DNA of 62,386 bases, filler included. It is 10 parts of 10 records of this genome, joined end to end, with 100 filler letters (N's around TTAATTAATTAA, not from the genome) between each part and the next. Parts side by side here need not be neighbours in the genome. Positions count along the whole stretch, not along the records: positions 49,134 to 55,947 come from SRR31147125_117205; positions 56,048 to 62,386 come from SRR31147125_117344; 8 more parts are not named here. One strand, given 5' to 3'. The translations under genes were made by a program, and so were the position numbers. Of this stretch, positions 53,436 to 62,386 are shown one piece after another (the first letter of the stretch is position 1; every line of letters begins with the position of its first letter). The notes beneath the pieces are model-generated. The model saw only the letters and a list, made by a program, of their open reading frames with translations. It did not search any database and was not told the DNA's origin.

Positions 53436-54125
53436 GTGAGTAAGCCCTTTTTCCTCATATCCATCGGCATCGTCCTGCTGTCAGGCTTGGCATTGATCAG
53501 TCCGCCGTTTGCGGCGGCTCAATCTGAAACCGTGATCGAGCTGCCGAAGCCGCGGTGGCAGGGCGAGGTCTCGGTAGAGCAGGCGTTGAAATCGAGGCGG
53601 TCCGTCAGGAGCTTTGAGACGCAGGCGCTGAGCCTGGATGACGTGTCGCAGCTGTTGTGGGCGGCGCAGGGTCTTTCGGCCGGCCGTTTTCGCACGGCAC
53701 CCTCGGCGGGTGCGCTTTACCCTCTGGAGGTGCGTGCAGCGGTCTGGAATGTAGAGGGGTTGGAACCCGGTGTCTACCGCTACGATCCCGCCACGCACAG
53801 TTTGAGAGAAGTACGCAAGGGCGATGTCCGCAAATCCCTCACCAGGGCGGCCTGGTGGCAAAAGTGGGTGGGAAGAGGCGCCATCGCGTTGGTTTTTTCG
53901 GCCGTGTATGAAAGAACCACCGGGAAATACAGCGAGCGTGGGATTCGCTACGTTCACATGGAGGCTGGTCACGCCGCGCAGAACGTCTATCTGCAAGCCG
54001 AAGCTTTGGGGCTGGGTACGGTAATCGTGGGGGCTTTCATGGACAGCTGGGTCAGAAGGGTGCTGCGTATGCCGGACGAGGAACAGCCATTGAGCATCAT
54101 GCCGGTTGGGAAGCCTTCAAGGTAG
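53436..54125 (+). CDS. SagB/ThcOx-type nitroreductase-family protein, exported
   Basis: [34 protein letters not shown]. Confidence 0.9.
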   Translation: MSKPFFLISIGIVLLSGLALISPPFAAAQSETVIELPKPRWQGEVSVEQALKSRRSVRSFETQALSLDDVSQLLWAAQGLSAGRFRTAPSAGALYPLEVRAAVWNVEGLEPGVYRYDPATHSLREVRKGDVRKSLTRAAWWQKWVGRGAIALVFSAVYERTTGKYSERGIRYVHMEAGHAAQNVYLQAEALGLGTVIVGAFMDSWVRRVLRMPDEEQPLSIMPVGKPSR

Positions 54126-54179
54126 GGAAGTACCGGTTCACCCTTGGCAGCATTTGATTGAAAATTTCAGAAGGCATCC

Positions 54180-54926
54180 ATGAACATACTGGGAATCGAT
54201 ATTGGTGGTAGCGGCATCAAAGGCGCACCGGTCAACCTCAAAACAGGGGAATTACTGGCCCCCCGGCAACGTATTCCTACCCCGCAACCTTCGAAACCAG
54301 AAGCTGTAGCGGAAGTGGTCGGAGAGATCGCTAGGCAATTCCAATGGAGCGGATCGATCGGTGTTGGTTTCCCGGCCGTAATCCGGCATGGTGTAGTTCG
54401 TACAGCTGCCAATGTGCATGAAAGCTGGATCAACACTGATGCTGCCAAATTGTTCAGTAAAACGACGGGCTGCCCGGTGACCGTAGTTAATGATGCCGAC
54501 GCAGCCGGGATGGCTGAGATGGCTTTTGGTGCCGGCCTGGGCCGTAACGGTGTTGTCCTGGTTGTGACCATTGGAACCGGCCTGGGAACCGCCGTCTTCA
54601 CTGATGGGCATCTGTTGCCCAATACCGAATTCGGGCATATCGAAATCGATTGCAAAGATGCCGAGCTATTGGCTTCGGATGCCATCCGTAAAGAGCGCAA
54701 GCTCTCCTGGAAGAAGTGGTCCGGCCGTTTGGATACCTACCTGCTGCGCCTGGAGGCCCTTATCTGGCCCGATTTGATCATTTTAGGTGGTGGCGTCAGC
54801 AAAAAACACGAGAAATTCATCCCCCGCCTGACGGTTCAGGCCGAGGTTGTTCCCGCTGAAACGTTGAATGAAGCTGGAATCATCGGAGCGGCGCTGACTG
54901 CGGCACAGGAGGAGCAAAAGGCGTGA
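54180..54926 (+). CDS. ppgK: ROK-family polyphosphate glucokinase
   Basis: [45 protein letters not shown]. Confidence 0.85.
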   Translation: MNILGIDIGGSGIKGAPVNLKTGELLAPRQRIPTPQPSKPEAVAEVVGEIARQFQWSGSIGVGFPAVIRHGVVRTAANVHESWINTDAAKLFSKTTGCPVTVVNDADAAGMAEMAFGAGLGRNGVVLVVTIGTGLGTAVFTDGHLLPNTEFGHIEIDCKDAELLASDAIRKERKLSWKKWSGRLDTYLLRLEALIWPDLIILGGGVSKKHEKFIPRLTVQAEVVPAETLNEAGIIGAALTAAQEEQKA

Positions 54927-55027
54927 AGTTTGGCAAACGGAGATACGAGGTTTGCGGGCCACGAAAAAAGCCGACAAATCTTTTTGTCAAGCCTGCCGCA
55001 CCTTACTTCGCCTGAATGTCATAAAAG

Positions 55028-55061
55028 AAAACCCGCCCAACAGGCAGGTTTTTTTGTTTTT
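55028..55061 (+). terminator. Terminator-like hairpin
   Basis: aaaacccgcc-caaca-ggcaggtttt followed by a T-tract. Confidence 0.6.
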
Positions 55062-55193
55062 GGATGATGTGGGAATTTGATGGAAAGGGGATTTTCCCAT
55101 GGAATGAATTCAATATTTTTAATATGGTAGGGAGGATTGCAAATTTCAACCAGGTTTCGGCGCTTTGGGGTATTCCCAGTCAAGGAGTTTGAC

Positions 55194-55619
55194 ATGAAGG
55201 ATATTCGCTGGAAACAACGCTTCAGTAATTACATGCAAGCACTCAAAACGCTTCACAAGGCTGTCGAGTTGTCAAAGCAGCGGGAATTATCGGAATTGGA
55301 ACAACAGGGTCTGATTCAGGGATTTGAATTCACTCATGAACTCGCCTGGAATGTATTAAAGGATTACCTTGAAGAACAGGGCTTTGTCGGCATCATCGGT
55401 TCCAAAAACGCAACCCGGGAAGCCTTTAAAAATGGCTTGATTGGTGAGGGCGAAGCCTGGATGGATATGATCAAGGCCCGGAATCTGGCATCGCATACCT
55501 ACAACACAAATCTCGCGGCGGATATTGTGAAGGACATATTGACGCGGTTTTATCCCGCCTTTACGGATATGGAAGAGTATTTTGCCATGTTGCGGGACCG
55601 GGAGGATGGCGAAGGGTGA
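55194..55619 (+). CDS. HEPN-type nucleotidyltransferase substrate-binding protein (HI0074-like toxin)
   Basis: DIRWKQRF.N, GLIQ.FEFTHELAW, RNLASH (Rx4H). Confidence 0.9.
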   Translation: MKDIRWKQRFSNYMQALKTLHKAVELSKQRELSELEQQGLIQGFEFTHELAWNVLKDYLEEQGFVGIIGSKNATREAFKNGLIGEGEAWMDMIKARNLASHTYNTNLAADIVKDILTRFYPAFTDMEEYFAMLRDREDGEG

Positions 55620-55933
55620 ATTACGGGTTGTCTGCCTCTAATATTGGCAAAATTTGCAGTGTCTTCTCCCGGTTTCCTTCCGTGAAGAAAGCCGTGCTTT
55701 ACGGCTCGCGGGCCAAGGGGAATTTCAAGCCTGGCTCAGATATCGATCTGACGCTTCTGGGGGACAGCCTGACCCAGAAGGAACTTGGCACAATCGCCGA
55801 TGAGCTGGACGAACTTCTTTTGCCATATACCATCGACCTTTCCATTTTCCATCATATAGATAGTGTCGATTTGCGAGAGCATATTGAACGTGTCGGGCAG
55901 GTGCTCTACCAAAGGGGTGACGAGAGGGACTAA
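55616..55933 (+). CDS. Minimal nucleotidyltransferase (MNT antitoxin)
   Basis: LYGSRAKG....GSDIDL; overlaps the HEPN stop. Confidence 0.9.
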   Translation: MNYGLSASNIGKICSVFSRFPSVKKAVLYGSRAKGNFKPGSDIDLTLLGDSLTQKELGTIADELDELLLPYTIDLSIFHHIDSVDLREHIERVGQVLYQRGDERD

Positions 55934-56049
55934 AGGCCTTTTTCAGCNNNNNNNNNNNNNNNNNNNNNNNNNNNNNNNNNNNNNNNNNNNNTTAATTAAT
56001 TAANNNNNNNNNNNNNNNNNNNNNNNNNNNNNNNNNNNNNNNNNNNNCT

Positions 56050-56157
56050 ACCTGCTGGTACAACCCCGGAAAAGCGGCTCTTAAAGAGGGAGCCGCAGCC
56101 CCGGATTTCGAAATTCAGGATCTTGAGGAACTTTACTCTATCCTGGGACTGGAGTAA
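56050..56157 (+). CDS. C-terminus of a HAD hydrolase (YjjG-like)
   Basis: TCWYNP...PDFEI.DL.EL..IL*. Confidence 0.6.
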   Translation, partial: TCWYNPGKAALKEGAAAPDFEIQDLEELYSILGLE

Positions 56158-56182
56158 CTTTTCAATAAATATTGTAGAAAAC

Positions 56183-57619
56183 CTATACAGGCAGCTCTTT
56201 CCCGGTGAAAAGCAGAAACTGTTCGGCCCCCTGGGCCTTCAGCATCTCCATCCCGCCCAGGGTGTGGCAGCCGGAAGCAAGAGCCCTTTTCATAAACCCG
56301 GTTTCCGGCGGTGAGTAGATCAGGTCATAGGCCATCTCCTCCCCGCTGAAACGGTAGGCAGCAACAGGATCCCCGGGGTAGTGGGGCGCCATTCCGATGA
56401 CAGTCGTCTGAACAATAATATCAGCCTTTTCGATATTTTTCCCCTCGCTCAGTTCACCGAAAGCACATCCGAAACTCTCCGCCAGTTCCCGGGCCTTCGC
56501 AAGGGTCCTGTTAAAGATGGTAACGTCGGCTCCAGCTTCCACCAGTCCAAAGACCACGGCCCGTGCCGCACCGCCGGCTCCGATGACAGCAGCCCGCATT
56601 CCCTGAAGCCCCTCCTGGCCCTTGAGGGTTTTAAGAGGGTTAAGAAAACCGCCGACATCGGTGTTGTATCCTGCCCAGCCGCTCTCCCGCCTCACCAGAG
56701 TGTTGCAGGAGCCGATCTTCTCTACCGCCGGGTCCACCTCGGCAAGAAGGGGGATCACCCGCCCTTTATGGGGCACGGTCACCGAAAACCCCCGGAAGCC
56801 GAAGGAGGCCGCCCAGGGAAGAAATGAAGCGGGATCGTCAATCTGGAAGGGAATGTAGGTCGCATTCAATCCAAGTTTCCGGTAGCCGCCGTTGTGGATC
56901 AGAGGCGATTTCGTATGCATCACCGGATTTCCCAGGATACCGTAGAGGGCGGTCTCCTTATCCAGCCGGCTGTAGCCGTAGATCTCCTCCAGGCTCTTCG
57001 GATCAATATGGCCGGGAGCCGCTTCCTGGCCCCAAGGCGAGACGAAGGTCAAAAGGGATCCAAGCCGGCCGGCGAGGATGCGAATCGGAAAACCGATATC
57101 TCCCATCCCCAGGAGGATTTTGTCAATCCCTTCCAGTTTTTCATAGGCTTTAAAAATATCAAGAAGTCCGGCTGTGTCCCGGGGCATGACAGCGGCCTTG
57201 GGAATCTCTCCGGGCCGTCGTACCATAGCCCTCATCCTGCCGGCCAGATCTTCGGGGACCTTATCAAAATCATGGAAGGAGCGGATAACTCGGCCGCCGC
57301 TCTTCATGAATTCCTCTTCCCATGGCTGGGGAGGCAGCTTTTCCTCCAGATCGACATAACTGAAATCACCCGCTGCGGCCGCCGCCAGAAGGGCCAGACG
57401 CTCCTCTTCACTCCCCTGCCAGAATCCTCCATCCGCCTCTTTTCGAACCGTGAGGATAAGCGGCAACCCCGCCCGGGCCGGAAATTTTACGATATCCCCT
57501 GACTCCCCGGGGTCCAGATAATCGGCCCGGAGTTCCGCCATTTCTATAAAAGCCCTGTTCTCTTCGATAATTCTCAAATCCTCATCCAGAGTCTTACCGG
57601 TCAGCACCAGACATATCAT
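56183..57619 (-). CDS. aroDE: Bifunctional type I 3-dehydroquinate dehydratase / shikimate dehydrogenase
   Basis: ELRAD, SFHDF, IPKAA, AAPG (AroD); HTKSP..HN, VTVPHK, NT, NTD, GAGGAAR (AroE). Confidence 0.92.
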   Translation of the reverse strand: MICLVLTGKTLDEDLRIIEENRAFIEMAELRADYLDPGESGDIVKFPARAGLPLILTVRKEADGGFWQGSEEERLALLAAAAAGDFSYVDLEEKLPPQPWEEEFMKSGGRVIRSFHDFDKVPEDLAGRMRAMVRRPGEIPKAAVMPRDTAGLLDIFKAYEKLEGIDKILLGMGDIGFPIRILAGRLGSLLTFVSPWGQEAAPGHIDPKSLEEIYGYSRLDKETALYGILGNPVMHTKSPLIHNGGYRKLGLNATYIPFQIDDPASFLPWAASFGFRGFSVTVPHKGRVIPLLAEVDPAVEKIGSCNTLVRRESGWAGYNTDVGGFLNPLKTLKGQEGLQGMRAAVIGAGGAARAVVFGLVEAGADVTIFNRTLAKARELAESFGCAFGELSEGKNIEKADIIVQTTVIGMAPHYPGDPVAAYRFSGEEMAYDLIYSPPETGFMKRALASGCHTLGGMEMLKAQGAEQFLLFTGKELPV

Positions 57620-58101
57620 TTAAAAATCCCCCCTGTACAGGTAAAAATCATCGGCTCGGCCTTCGCTGTAAAAGACACGCAGCCGAAGGGGAAAGGGCAG
57701 TTCGGACAGAAAATAGATCTCCCAATCCTCCCCCTTCCCAGGGGTTTCCATCCCACCCCCTCTGCCACTTCCGCAGGGGAAGCGCCTATCCCGAACCCCG
57801 CCCAGGAACCTTGAGAATCCCGGTCAAAACGGATCTGCCAGACCCTGTCCTGGTAGAGGTAAAGGGAAACTCCGCCGGTGTAGTAACAGACCACATCATC
57901 CTGCCAGGCTTCCTCACCCCGCAGGGGAAATATAGAAGCCGGAGGTCCCAGAAGTTCCAGAAAACCCGAGATTGTCTGCCCCAGCAGTTGTGAGGGGTCC
58001 ACCGGGATCCCCTCTCGGAAATTTCCGGCACTGAGGCCGCTGACGGAAAGCAGGATAAAACATGTCAGTGTAATTATTTTCTTTTGTACAGTATCACTCA
58101 T
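57616..58101 (-). CDS. Exported hypothetical protein (probable frameshift near the 3' end)
   Basis: Signal peptide; RGEEAWQDDVV.YY...RVWQIRFD. Confidence 0.6.
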   Translation of the reverse strand: MSDTVQKKIITLTCFILLSVSGLSAGNFREGIPVDPSQLLGQTISGFLELLGPPASIFPLRGEEAWQDDVVCYYTGGVSLYLYQDRVWQIRFDRDSQGSWAGFGIGASPAEVAEGVGWKPLGRGRIGRSIFCPNCPFPFGCVSFTAKAEPMIFTCTGGIFK

Positions 58102-59800
58102 CAGGGAATCAACTCCTCTATTCTCTCAGCTTCCGTGCTCAACTCCTCGTTATCAGGATCCAGAAGAGAAGCCTGCTTGATATACCGGTAGGCGTTTCTG
58201 AAGTCCCGCCTGGAATAGTAAATAGCAGACAGCTCCATAAGAGCTTCTCCATTCTCCAGATCCTCAAGGAGTGCGCTCCTTAAATTCTCAATCTTTTCCG
58301 ACTCATTCTCCGCCGTCAGGCTCCTCAAATAGTAAAGACGACTCCGCCGGGAAAAATCGGTCTCCCCCTCCAGTGCGTCACTTATGACCGAAACCGCTGC
58401 CCCGTTCTCCCCCGCTCCGATGAGGGAACGTATGTAGATTTCTGCGATCTCCGGATCCTCTGAAAAAGAGAGATACAGCTCCTCTTCCAGCCCCCTGACT
58501 TCCTCCTCCAGTCCCAGAGCTGTTGCGATATCCCGGGCAAGAAGGAGATCCCCCTTCTCCCTTCGGAGGGCAAGGATCTGATCGGAGTACTCCCCGGCTA
58601 TCGCCCAGGCTTTCGATTCCAAAGCGTCGGCTAAAAGGACTTCCAGACTTTTTAATGAGTCAGTTTCCCCGGAGCCCGAGGCGAGTTGTTCCGTCAGAAG
58701 GGCTCTTGCCTCCGCCCCCCGGCCTACGGCCATAAGCACTTCGCCGTAGGTGTTCTTTACAAGGCTGTTCTCCGGTGCGATCTCCAGAGCCCGGGCCAGG
58801 ATATCCACAGCACCGATCGTGTTGCCCCGTTCTATCTCCAGAAGGGCTTTCAGATGAAGGACCTCCCAATGGGCCGGCCGCTCCCGTTCCACAATTGTGA
58901 GGATTCGCCGGGCCTGATCCGGCCGGCCGTCCTTGAAGAGGCTCTTTGCACGGAGAAAGAGGAGGTCCGTATCATCAGGGACGAGCAGAAGGGTATCGGC
59001 GGCGATATTGAGGGCTTTTTCATAATCCTCCAGGAGATAGTAAGTCTCTCCCAGTAATTTCAGAACTTCAATCCGTTCGGGAAAGCTCTCATTCAACCGT
59101 TCCAGATTGATCACAGCCTTATCCGGATGTCCCCCGGCCATCTGAATCCGGGCGATCCCCAGGGCGGCAGGATAGACAGAGTCATCCCGTTCCACCGCTT
59201 CTGTATACTCCTCCAGAGCCGACAGGTTATCTCCTTCCCGCTCATGAAGAACTGCGGAAAGATATATGGGAAGGATCGATGCGGGATTCAAAATTTTCAG
59301 CTGCTCCAGAACCTCCCGGCACTGTTCCCAGACCACGGAAGAGTCGGAAAATAGGAGGGAAACAGGAGATATGAGAGAAGTCAGAAAAGTCACCTCATCC
59401 TGAGAGAGAGCCGGAAAGGTGCCGGATCGGACCGTCTCAAACAGTTCGGTCAGAATCAGGGTGGAAGCGGGTTCCGGCGGTTCTGATCCCGGGAGACGCA
59501 GGGGATAAACGGTTTCCAGAAGGAACCAGGCCACAGCCTGAAGATCCCGGCCGGCTTCCGATTCGCCCTCACTGCCGGACTGCAGTTCCTCCAGGGCATT
59601 CAGGAGGCTGTCGGGCGTGCCGATCGAAACCATGGAACGGACATCGGTCAGAAGGTCCGCCGCCGTATCCGGCAGAGGTGTCACCTCCGATTCTACTTCG
59701 GGAAGGGGATCCGGAGCGGTCTCACAGCCGTTTATAGAAAGAAAGAGGAGTGTGACAAGGATTAATAGTATTTTTTTTCGTAATCCACCCCGTGAAACAT
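58101..59800 (-). CDS. TPR-repeat lipoprotein
   Basis: Multiple TPR units; in-frame ILLILVTLLFLSINGC lipobox upstream of 59684; the ATG at 59800 is out of frame across a G run. Confidence 0.75.
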
Positions 59801-59827
59801 CAATGATCCGGATAAAACAAAGTCCGC

Positions 59828-60382
59828 CTATTTACGGCTATCGGAACCTTCACGCTTTATCTTGAGAGACCGGACGAAATGGGCCGCGGAGAGAGCAATA
59901 CCAATTATCAGAAGGGAGAGAGGCCACCACATCTTGATAACCTCTCCCAGACTGTAGGTCGTCAGTTTCAGGCTGAAGGGAAGAAAAAGTAGAGACATAA
60001 TAATAAAAGTGACCGATGGAACAAGGAAAACAGATCGCCGCTTCCGTTTCTTTCTCAGGGCATAGAGGAGCAGGGTCAGACCGGTCATAAACAGAAAGGC
60101 AGGCCAGAAGGAGATCAGATAGTACTCCGGCAGCTTATGCTTGATCAGGGCAAAAATCGAACCCTGAATCAGTATCATTCCCAGGAAGAGATAGAATTCA
60201 TTGAAATCGAGATAGTAGACCAGGTACAGGAAAATGATTCCGAAACAAACGGCCAATGAGGCCACAATCGCAGGAATGAAGGGCACCGCCCAGACAGTCC
60301 AGAGAAGCAGTCCTCCGCCGAAGAGGATAAGAAGGAGCCCCAGTATAAGATTTGTATGCTTTAAAGGTTGAACTTCTTTCAT
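59828..60382 (-). CDS. Multi-pass membrane hypothetical protein
   Basis: About six hydrophobic helices; FWP and WWP motifs. Confidence 0.7.
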   Translation of the reverse strand: MKEVQPLKHTNLILGLLLILFGGGLLLWTVWAVPFIPAIVASLAVCFGIIFLYLVYYLDFNEFYLFLGMILIQGSIFALIKHKLPEYYLISFWPAFLFMTGLTLLLYALRKKRKRRSVFLVPSVTFIIMSLLFLPFSLKLTTYSLGEVIKMWWPLSLLIIGIALSAAHFVRSLKIKREGSDSRK

Positions 60383-60518
60383 TTTCTTTTACCGCCTGTA
60401 TCCGGCCGGACCTCTTAAGGGTCACTGGCTCTTAAACGCTATAGTATCAAAACTTATCTGATATGGGAAGAGTTCCCCAAATCCCGATATTGATATAATA
60501 TAGTCCCGGGAGGGGTAA

Positions 60519-61984
60519 ATGGCTCAGACATTATACTGGTACGATCTGGAAACCTTCGGGAGACACCCCGGCTGGGATCGTATCGCCCAGTTTGCAGGAA
60601 TCAGGACCGATGAGGAGTTCAATCCCATAGGAGAACCACTCCTCCTATACTGCCGGATTCCCGAGGACTACCTTCCGGATCCCCGCTCCTGTATGGTTAC
60701 GGGAATTACCCCCAGGAGACCCTGGAGAAGGGAATCGGTGAGTTCCAGTTTATTTCCGAAATCAACAGCGAATTCTCGGTTCCGGGAACCTGTGTAGCCG
60801 GATACAACTCCATAAAATTCGATGATGAGTTTATCAGAAATCTCTACTACCGCAACTTCTTCGATCCCTACCGGAGGGAGTACACCCGGGGAAACAGCCG
60901 CTGGGATCTGATCAACCTGGCCCGGGCCGCCCGGGATCTCCGGCCCGAGGGGATCAACTGGCCCAACAGCCCCGAAGGCCGCCCCTCCTTCCGGTTGGAG
61001 GAGCTGACGGCGGCCAACGGTATTGAGCATGAAGGAGCCCATGATGCCCTGGTAGATGTCCGGGCCACGATAGGCCTTGCAAAACTCATCCACGAAAAAC
61101 AGCCGAAACTCTTCCGCTTCGGATACCGTATCCGCCGGAAGGATGAGGCCCGCAAACAGATTGACCTCTTCAGCCGGGCCCCCTTCCTCCACAGCTCCGG
61201 GATCCACACCTCGGCCTCGGGATGTACAACAATAGCCGCACCCCTGACCGTCGATCCGAAGAACAGGAATTCGATCCTCTGCTTTGATCTGCGGGAGGAC
61301 CCGGCACCCCTGCTGGAACTCTCGGTGGATGAAATCCGGGAGAGGATATTTACGCCGAAACAGAACGGGAATTCAGATATCAAACGGCTGCCAGTCTTCG
61401 GTATTGCCCTCAACCAGTCTCCCTTCCTGGCGCCTCTGAACACCCTGGATGAGGAACGGGCGGAAGTTCTGGGGCTCAACAAGAAAGAGGCCCTCGAACG
61501 GGCAAAACTGCTGGAGAATGCCGAAGGACTGACCCAGAAAATCATGAAGGTTTTTGAATCGGAACTGCCCAAGGGGTCGGCGGATCCCGACCTTCAGATC
61601 TACTCCGGCGGATTCTTCCACGACGATGACAAGGAGAGCTTTAAAAGAGTCCACCAGATCATAAAAAATGAACCGCCGGAAAACCTGAGGGACCTCAATC
61701 TCTCCTTTCAGGATTCCAGGATTCCGGAGATGATCTGGCGGTTCCGGGGCCGGAATTTCCCCGAATCCCTTGATGAGACGGAACGGGCCAAGTGGATGAG
61801 TTTCTGTGCCGGCCGCATCCTCTTCCCCTCCATTGACGAGGGACTGGATATGGGAAAGTACAATAAGGTCATTGCCGCCTGCAGTGAAAGCAGAACTCTG
61901 ACTCCCGGAGATAAAGTTACCCTTAAGGCTCTGGACGAGTACGGCCGAAAGATAAAGGATGAAATACTTGACTACAATGAATAA
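60519..61984 (+). CDS. sbcB: Exodeoxyribonuclease I, frameshift near 60715
   Basis: WYDLETFG..DR.AQFAGIRTD, GYNS..FDDE, HDAL.DV.AT, DPDLQIYSGGF; frame break at a C5 run. Confidence 0.92.
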
Positions 61985-62386
61985 ACAGAAAAATTTCCTC
62001 CCGGTGCTTTGCAATCCGTCGGGTGTTTTCATTCTTCTGCTCCTCCTTCCGCTCCTTTTCGGATGCACGACTTTCAGCCGGCCCCCGGAAGGGATTCCCG
62101 ACTTCAATCCCGATGAGTGGGATAAAAAACAGAGCATCACCCTATCCGCCCGCGGGTGGAACTGGTTTTTTCGGACCGCTCCGGAAGTAACCGAAAGGGC
62201 TTTGATGGCTGCCGCCCGGGAGAAAGCCGAAGAGCTCTACGGTCCGGAGGCGAAAATCGCCCTGGAATCCCGGGTGGACACCTGGAACTCCCGGTCCCTT
62301 CTGATGCTTCTGAACAGCCTGGGATGGGTGCAGGACTCCTTTATCACCGCTGCGGTCTGGGTGCCGCGGCCCCTGCCTCCTCCCCC
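61977..62386 (+). CDS. Hypothetical lipoprotein, 3'-partial
   Basis: MNKQKN..ILLLLLPLLFGC lipobox; open to the window end. Confidence 0.6.
   Translation, partial: MNKQKNFLPVLCNPSGVFILLLLLPLLFGCTTFSRPPEGIPDFNPDEWDKKQSITLSARGWNWFFRTAPEVTERALMAAAREKAEELYGPEAKIALESRVDTWNSRSLLMLLNSLGWVQDSFITAAVWVPRPLPPP

Noticed and set aside
51300-55100. Integron cassette array
   Set aside because: No intI gene, and I could not pair RYYYAAC with GTTRRRY ends into attC structures
6542-56047. Recurring TTAATTAATTAA within N runs, and ORFs ending in XXX-LIN
   Set aside because: These are artificial linkers; adjacency across them has no biological meaning
56183-57619. AroD-AroE fusion as a novelty
   Set aside because: A known bifunctional architecture in plants and several bacterial phyla
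9750-60720. Frameshifts in the radical SAM gene (~9755), the exported protein (~14860), the SBP (~39765), the TPR protein (~59790) and sbcB (~60715) as programmed recoding or phase variation
   Set aside because: They fall at short homopolymers in unrelated contigs, so sequencing error is the simpler explanation; reads would be needed to say more
1-62386. tRNA, rRNA or riboswitch genes
   Set aside because: None recognisable by eye; a tRNAscan/Rfam scan is needed to exclude them

Overview
The window is not one locus. It is ten unrelated metagenomic contigs joined by 100-nt N/TTAATTAATTAA/N linkers. (1) 1-6541: 3' half of a eukaryotic cytoplasmic dynein heavy chain with four tiny introns. (2) 6642-12378: bacterial M14 peptidase, radical SAM, GYD, PAS and GH32 genes. 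(3) 12479-17512: DUF2202, a lipoprotein and large exported proteins. (4) 17613-22738: CPA2 antiporter, BASS symporter and a ThDP enzyme. (5) 22839-27872: phage recombination/replication module (HNH, HTH, Rad50-like ATPase, RecT, MBL nuclease, replication initiator). (6) 27973-35112: intron-rich eukaryotic DNA. (7) 35213-43325: M20 peptidase, nicotinamidase-like enzyme, c-di-GMP genes. (8) 43426-49033: KaiB-like gene, hybrid histidine kinase, HD-GYP regulator. (9) 49134-55947: three toxin-antitoxin pairs separated by related repeats. (10) 56048-62386: aroD-aroE fusion, TPR lipoprotein, sbcB. The top candidate is in contig 6. Manual GT-AG splicing there gives one long minus-strand gene: two intact bacterial-type caspase-like (C14) domains, a possible degenerate third, an MLKL-like four-helix bundle and an intact TKL-type kinase. 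This could be a single-chain protease/kinase cell-death module in a protist. All calls come from motif recognition by eye; no searches were run. Several frameshifts sit in homopolymers and are probably sequencing errors.
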